DNA of 64,000 nucleotides from Bacilli bacterium (GTDB taxonomy: Bacteria; Bacillota_I; Bacilli_A; RFN20; CAG-826), in assembly GCA_017651165.1 (NCBI GenBank), contig JAGCDH010000021.1, positions 10,758 through 74,757 on the forward strand, written 5' to 3'. A model generated the notes under the pieces. It saw only the letters and a list, made by a program, of their open reading frames with translations. It did not search any database and was not told the origin of the DNA. Positions 58,968-64,000 of this stretch are shown in pieces. The position numbers and the translations under genes were made by a program. Numbering within the stretch: the stretch's first letter is position 1; every line of letters begins with the position of its first letter.

Positions 58968-61068
58968 TTTCTTTTAATTCCTCCTTTAATGAAATCTTCT
59001 TACTGAAACCAATTGGTAAATATGTCGCAATAAAGCACACAAACATCGTTGCCCCTATGATCAGAAGCGGAAATAAAAGCCGATGATTATGAAAAGTCAT
59101 AAATGGAATATCTATGATATTAATTAGTGATGTGAAGCGTTCTATTAGTAGATTAACTGGCTTAGTCAGTATTAGACCTAAAACAAAGGAAACCACAACA
59201 CTGATCAAGCCAATAATGAGACTTTCAAATGTATAAATAAGAGCAATATCATCTCTTCTTGCCCCATAGCAAAGCAATATTGCGGAGTCTTTAATATCTT
59301 CGTTATACGAGGCAAATGAAATAATACCTAGAATTAAAACAATACCCACTAAAGCGATGGCTAAGAACACTTCCATTCCAATACTTGCAGCGTTCACCAA
59401 AGAGACTAATGTTTCTTCCACGGTTAAACCATTACAAGTAACACTATATTTTTCATCTAAAATATCTTTGATGTTTCTTAAGGAGGAGAGGTTTTCAAAA
59501 TCCTTTAAAAATAAGCGGCATGAATAACTAGATAATTGTTCATTATCATTACTATCCAAAACAACATCTTTCCACGTAGTTAAGTCCTTATACGAAGAAA
59601 GATTATTTAATACTGTTTTATTAACTAAATTATCGAACGCTAAATATGAATAAAAGATTTTAGGGGAGTTTAAAAAGTTATTCTCTCTTACGACACCAAC
59701 GATTTGGACCAATCTATCGTAAACAAAATAATCAGCAACATAAGGATTATCCTCATCACCAGTTGGAAAAGAATAGGATTGTTGTTCTTTGATTCTTAAA
59801 TATGAATTCAAGCAATCATATTTCAGTTTCTTATTTAATGCTTGATAAGCTTGTTTATTAATTACAACTTGATTAAGTGTATCAAAGGTTGGAATCTTGC
59901 CTTTTATTAATAAATTCCTATTCGTTGAATTGTCTTCGAAAGAGTAAATAGGCGTATAAGCAAAGTTATCTATTTCTTTATCATTTATGGCCACTGATGG
60001 ATAAGGAGATAACAAAGCGTCATAAGAATAACAGACATGAAAATCACTACACGTGCCCTTTATTTCGTTTATTTCTTCATAACTAGGACGCATCGTTTGA
60101 ATAAGCGCAATTGGCGAATCGGCACTGACTAAACGGTTCTCTTTACTAATTGAAGCGGTCCCATAATCAAACTGGTTTTCCATTGATCTAACAATTGACG
60201 CTGTCTTACCATTTGAGAAACCAAAGATTAACATACTAGAGACTAAGCCCACCACTAAAGCACTTATCGAAAAGATGTTTCTTTTAAAGCGTTTGGTGAA
60301 GTTAGAAACAACTATTCTATTTAGCCAATTGTGGTTGGCTTTGGTTTTTATCAAGCGATTATCTACTTTATCGAACATATTGTTGATACGTTCGTCTTTG
60401 ATAATTTTTCCATCACTCATTTGAATAATGCGGTCAGCGTATTGATTAGCTAACGTAGCATTATGAGTCACCATAATCACTAGTGATGTTTCGCTAATCT
60501 TTTTTAAAGCTTTCATTGTTAATAAAGCGTTTTCTTTATCCAGAGCGCCAGTTGGTTCATCCGCTAAAATGACTTTCGGTTTATTGATAAAAGCTCTTAA
60601 GATTGCGATTCTTTCTTTTTCTCCGCCCGATAAATCAGCACATCTTTTATCAAATAGTTCTTTATTAATGGAAAAGCTGTTTAATAAATCTTCGGCTTTC
60701 TTTCTTGCTTCTTTATAGCCATCACCACTGATTAACGCTGGTAGCATAACGTTATAAATTGCGGTTTGATTCTCCAACAGATGATAATGTTGAAAAATAT
60801 AGCTCACTATCTGACTGCGAAAAGTAATCATGCGCTTTTCTTTGTATTTAGCGATATTTTCGCCATCGTAAAATATTTTTCCTTCACTTGGCTTATCAAT
60901 CTTACCAATGAGGTTTAATAAAGTAGATTTACCACTACCAGATTTACCTAATATACAGACTAGTCCTTGCGATGGAAAAGAAAGAGATATATGTCTTAAG
61001 ACATATTTCTTCTCATTTTTGCCCACTTTGTAGAAGCGGGATACTTTAGTTAATTCAATTAGACTCAT
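58960..61068 (-). CDS. Fused ABC ATPase + FtsX/MacB-type permease (second copy)
   Basis: Contains GKSGSGKSTLLN, LSGGEKERIAILRAF and LADEPTGALD, with a C-terminal FtsX-like TM bundle. 8-nt overlap with the downstream paralog. Confidence 0.75.
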   Translation of the reverse strand: MSLIELTKVSRFYKVGKNEKKYVLRHISLSFPSQGLVCILGKSGSGKSTLLNLIGKIDKPSEGKIFYDGENIAKYKEKRMITFRSQIVSYIFQHYHLLENQTAIYNVMLPALISGDGYKEARKKAEDLLNSFSINKELFDKRCADLSGGEKERIAILRAFINKPKVILADEPTGALDKENALLTMKALKKISETSLVIMVTHNATLANQYADRIIQMSDGKIIKDERINNMFDKVDNRLIKTKANHNWLNRIVVSNFTKRFKRNIFSISALVVGLVSSMLIFGFSNGKTASIVRSMENQFDYGTASISKENRLVSADSPIALIQTMRPSYEEINEIKGTCSDFHVCYSYDALLSPYPSVAINDKEIDNFAYTPIYSFEDNSTNRNLLIKGKIPTFDTLNQVVINKQAYQALNKKLKYDCLNSYLRIKEQQSYSFPTGDEDNPYVADYFVYDRLVQIVGVVRENNFLNSPKIFYSYLAFDNLVNKTVLNNLSSYKDLTTWKDVVLDSNDNEQLSSYSCRLFLKDFENLSSLRNIKDILDEKYSVTCNGLTVEETLVSLVNAASIGMEVFLAIALVGIVLILGIISFASYNEDIKDSAILLCYGARRDDIALIYTFESLIIGLISVVVSFVLGLILTKPVNLLIERFTSLINIIDIPFMTFHNHRLLFPLLIIGATMFVCFIATYLPIGFSKKISLKEELKEND

Positions 61069-61071
61069 AAG

Positions 61072-61104
61072 AAAATCCCTCTATTAAACCAATAGACGGG
61101 ATTT
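61072..61104 (-). terminator. Hairpin terminator after fhs, abutting the ABC gene start
   Basis: RNA AAUCCCGUCUAUU-GGUUU-AAUAGAGGGAUU followed by UUCUU. It ends 3 nt before the ATG at 61068. Confidence 0.5.
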
Positions 61105-61126
61105 TTCAAATTTGTCCAAAAAACTT

Positions 61127-62755
61127 TTAGTGATCTAATTTTTGGTCGTATGGAACATCTTCCATTTTGACCGCTGCTGGGACCTTTGGAAGGCCTGGCA
61201 TTGTCATAATAGCGCCGGTTAATGGAACGATGAAGTTAGCGCCCGCAGAAAGTCTAACTTCCTTAACGGTGACGGTAAATCCTCTTGGAGCACCTAACAC
61301 TTTCGCATCATCAGTTAACGATTGAGGTGTTTTAGCGATGCAGATTGGGGTCTTATCAAAGCCTAACTTTGTGAAGTCTTCAATTTGTTTATTAGCATCA
61401 TCGGTATAAACGACTTGTCCTGCACCATAGATTTCTTTAGCGATGATTTCGATCTTTTCCTTGATAGGAAGATTAACGTCATATAAAGGATGGTAATGGG
61501 ACTCTTTGGTTTCAAGAATCTTCATCACACCTCTTGCTAATGCTTCAGCGCCTTTACCACCATCAGCGAATGCGGAGCAGTAAGCATAATCATAACCATT
61601 ATCTTCACACCATCTGCTTAACCAAGCAGTTTCCGCTTCGGTATCGCTTGCAAAGTGGTTGATACACACAATCGCTGGAACATCATACTTTTGCACGTTT
61701 TCAATGTGTTTTTGTAAGTTACAAACGCCTTTAGCTAATGCTTCAACGTTTTCATTACCTAATTCTTCAAATGGTTGACCACCATGCATCTTAAGAGCAC
61801 GGATTGTGGCCACTACGACGACTGCATCTGGTTTTAAGCCAGCAACACGGCATTTAATATCTAAGAACTTCTCTGCACCAAGGTCAGCACCGAAGCCTGC
61901 CTCTGTTACCACGACTGGAGCGAGTTTTAGGCCCATCTTTGTGGCGATAATGGAGTTACAACCATGGGCGATATTAGCGAATGGCCCACCGTGGATAATG
62001 GCAGGATTGCCTTCTAATGTTTGAACGAGGTTTGGATTTAACGCTGTAATCATGAGTTTCATGATAGCGTGACTAATTCTTAATTGTCTTAAGAAGACTG
62101 GTTTATCGTTATAGTCATAAGCAACAATAATATTGTTTACTCTATCCATAAAGTCTTGTTCATCTTTTGCTAAGCAAAGGATGGCCATCATTTCAGAGGC
62201 AACGGTAATAACGAATTCTTCTTGTCTAGGAGCGCATTTTGTTTCGCCTTCAGAAATAGTAATTTTTCTTAAGGCTCTATCGTTCATATCAAGGGCTCTT
62301 TTCCAAAGAACTCTTTCTGGATTGATGTTTAATTCATTGCCTTGCCAGATGTGATTATCGATACACGCGGCGATTAAATTGATGGAACTTGTTAAGGCGT
62401 GCATATCACCAGTGAAGTGTAAGTTGATATCTTCTTGAGGAACAACAAGGGCTTTACCACCACCGGTAGCGCCACCTTTAATACCAAAAACAGGGCCTAA
62501 TGAAGGTTCTCTTAAACAAACTAATGAAGGCACACCAATATATCTTAAGCCATCATGTAAACCGATGGAGGTAGTTGTTTTACCTTCGCCAGCTTTGGTT
62601 GGTGTAATCGCGGTAACTAAAACTAATTTACCATTAGGACGATCTTTTAATTCGTCCATAATCTTTAATGAGATTTTGGCCTTATCATAACCAAAAGGTA
62701 TGAGGTATTTCTCATCAACATTAATCATTTTTGCGACATCGAAAATGTTTCCCAT
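61127..62755 (-). CDS. fhs: Formate--tetrahydrofolate ligase
   Basis: Contains the PTKAGEGKTTTSIGL P-loop; the full-length FTHFS blocks are recognisable. Confidence 0.9.
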   Translation of the reverse strand: MGNIFDVAKMINVDEKYLIPFGYDKAKISLKIMDELKDRPNGKLVLVTAITPTKAGEGKTTTSIGLHDGLRYIGVPSLVCLREPSLGPVFGIKGGATGGGKALVVPQEDINLHFTGDMHALTSSINLIAACIDNHIWQGNELNINPERVLWKRALDMNDRALRKITISEGETKCAPRQEEFVITVASEMMAILCLAKDEQDFMDRVNNIIVAYDYNDKPVFLRQLRISHAIMKLMITALNPNLVQTLEGNPAIIHGGPFANIAHGCNSIIATKMGLKLAPVVVTEAGFGADLGAEKFLDIKCRVAGLKPDAVVVVATIRALKMHGGQPFEELGNENVEALAKGVCNLQKHIENVQKYDVPAIVCINHFASDTEAETAWLSRWCEDNGYDYAYCSAFADGGKGAEALARGVMKILETKESHYHPLYDVNLPIKEKIEIIAKEIYGAGQVVYTDDANKQIEDFTKLGFDKTPICIAKTPQSLTDDAKVLGAPRGFTVTVKEVRLSAGANFIVPLTGAIMTMPGLPKVPAAVKMEDVPYDQKLDH

Positions 62756-62774
62756 AATAAGTTCCTCTCTTATT

Positions 62775-63452
62775 TCACTTGTTATCTATTATGCTATGCA
62801 AAATGAATTTTGCAATAGTTAATCCTGCAGCGGAAGGCACCATCATCGTAGAATAGAGTTTTTCTGCGTTCTTTCGTGGTACTTCTTCAGAAATAACTAC
62901 GTTAATTTTGCTCAAATCTAATTCGGCTTTTTTAGCCATATATCTAATCTTCTTTGCTAACGGATCGTTACGCGTCTGATTGAGCTTAGCGATTCGCACT
63001 TGTTCTGGATTAAAGCGATTGGCCATACCTAAAGACATGATGGCAGGTATGTTGTTTTCTTGGGCTTTTTTAGCAAGGAATAATTTACCATCAACATCAT
63101 CAATAGCATCAGCGATGAAATCTATCTTTTGGTCGAAATCAAATTCTTGGGCTTTAAGATTAAACGTTGTAATTTTTACATCTGGATTGATTGATAAGAT
63201 TCTTTCTTTGGCCACTTCAACTTTATTTCTACCGACGTCTTTGACGGTATATAAGATTTGTCTATTTAAGTTTGTAGCATCGACTTTGTCGAAATCAATA
63301 ATAATAAAATGTTTAAATCCTGTTCTCGCTAAAGCTTCTAAAGCGGTTCCACCCACTCCACCTAAGCCAAAAACGGCAATCGCTTTATCTTGAATAAGAT
63401 TAAAGTTTTCTTCACCTAATAAGCCGATTGAACGTTCAAACATATTATTCAT
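62775..63452 (-). CDS. tcdA: ThiF/HesA-family protein, probably tRNA threonylcarbamoyladenosine dehydratase
   Basis: Rossmann motif GLGGVGG, DFDKVDATNLNRQ and an approximately 225-aa length fit TcdA/CsdL. Confidence 0.6.
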   Translation of the reverse strand: MNNMFERSIGLLGEENFNLIQDKAIAVFGLGGVGGTALEALARTGFKHFIIIDFDKVDATNLNRQILYTVKDVGRNKVEVAKERILSINPDVKITTFNLKAQEFDFDQKIDFIADAIDDVDGKLFLAKKAQENNIPAIMSLGMANRFNPEQVRIAKLNQTRNDPLAKKIRYMAKKAELDLSKINVVISEEVPRKNAEKLYSTMMVPSAAGLTIAKFILHSIIDNK

Positions 63453-64000
63453 TTTTCATTGCTTCCTGAAGCAAAGCTTCTTTGTTATCAAATTCTAAAC
63501 AAGGTAATTGGTGTTTAAAGAATGTGACTTGTCGTTTAGCATAGTTCCTTGTTCTCTTTTTGATGAGTTCAACGCATTCTTCTAAAGAATACTTATCGTC
63601 TAAATAATCAATTACTTCTTTATAGCCAATAGCCGCTTTCGCGGTTAATGATAACTCGTATTTATTTAATAATTCTTTTACTTCGTCCACTAAGCCGTTA
63701 TCCATCATTTGGTCAACACGTGCATTGATATTAGCGTATAATTCGTCTCTATTTGGGTTTAAGAACAAGAACTTGATGGTTTCGTCTTTATAAAAGAGAC
63801 TGTGCTCTTGTTTATCAATGCTATCGCTTTTATTTAAATCGTGAGTTCTAGCAATTTGAATCGCTCTCATCACTCTTTTACGGTTATTCATATGGATGGT
63901 TTCTGTGGCCTTGCTATCGAGTGTTTTAAGGAGTTCATATAATTCCTCATTACTCATGCTTTCTAAGTCAGAGATATCCGCTTCTTCTTCGTCTTCAAAT
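63445..64000 (-). CDS. miaA: tRNA dimethylallyltransferase, C-terminal part (N-terminus outside the window)
   Basis: The frame stays open upstream of the track's internal Met to position 64000. IHMNNRKRVMRAIQIA and the following helical domain match the MiaA C-terminal half. Confidence 0.65.
   Translation of the reverse strand, partial: FEDEEEADISDLESMSNEELYELLKTLDSKATETIHMNNRKRVMRAIQIARTHDLNKSDSIDKQEHSLFYKDETIKFLFLNPNRDELYANINARVDQMMDNGLVDEVKELLNKYELSLTAKAAIGYKEVIDYLDDKYSLEECVELIKKRTRNYAKRQVTFFKHQLPCLEFDNKEALLQEAMKNE

Noticed and set aside
1-64000. I looked for CRISPR arrays, IS elements or transposases, integrases, rRNA genes and prophage structural genes.
   Set aside because: I saw no regularly spaced direct repeats, no transposase, integrase or recombinase-like ORFs, and no rRNA-like sequence. 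The only tRNA is tRNA-Gln. The only long non-coding repeat is the duplicated riboswitch-type leader.

Overview
This is a low-GC window that uses the standard genetic code (UGA acts as a stop, for example in ATGA stop/start overlaps). It looks Bacillota/Mollicutes-like: it has the rpoE delta subunit, a CIRCE element, a SipW-type peptidase and many lipobox lipoproteins. Desulfoferrodoxin suggests an anaerobe. All functional calls come from motif reading by eye; no searches were run.

The flanks are ordinary housekeeping. Region 1-14.4 kb carries cysE, gpx, a CDF transporter, tsaC, a lipid kinase, plsC, a LicA-like kinase, LemA, an MBL-fold protein and a TrkH/KtrB transporter. Region 43-64 kb carries dfx, a HepT/MntA toxin-antitoxin pair, CIRCE-htpG, glyA, a NifU-like gene, tRNA-Gln, a RhuM-Doc fusion, cysQ-like, nrnA, rpoE, argS, ispF, ychF, two fused ABC/FtsX transporters, fhs, tcdA and miaA.

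The centre (about 14.4-43.0 kb, all minus strand) is a roughly 28.5 kb accessory locus that I consider the main discovery. Two nearly identical GEMM-I-type cyclic-dinucleotide riboswitch-like leaders each drive an operon. Together with one stand-alone gene, these operons encode:
- 8-9 proteins with TasA/SipW-type signal peptides (T-x-A|W-F/Y), including five tandem paralogs sharing an IW(L/V)EGW C-terminal motif;
- a 1008-aa beta-helix-like protein and a 1744-aa BspA-type LRR lipoprotein;
- a membrane-anchored McrB-like AAA+ NTPase with an 830-aa partner that has TonB-like E/P and K/P rods;
- a divergent SipW-like signal peptidase;
- two membrane EAL proteins flanking a degenerate MTAN-fold protein.

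I read this as a cyclic-dinucleotide-controlled surface-fibre/adhesin assembly system much larger than the known tapA-sipW-tasA type operons.

Two further ORF-free, GC-enriched, highly structured regions (46.49-46.75 kb and 50.32-50.67 kb) are candidate ncRNAs or long regulatory leaders.
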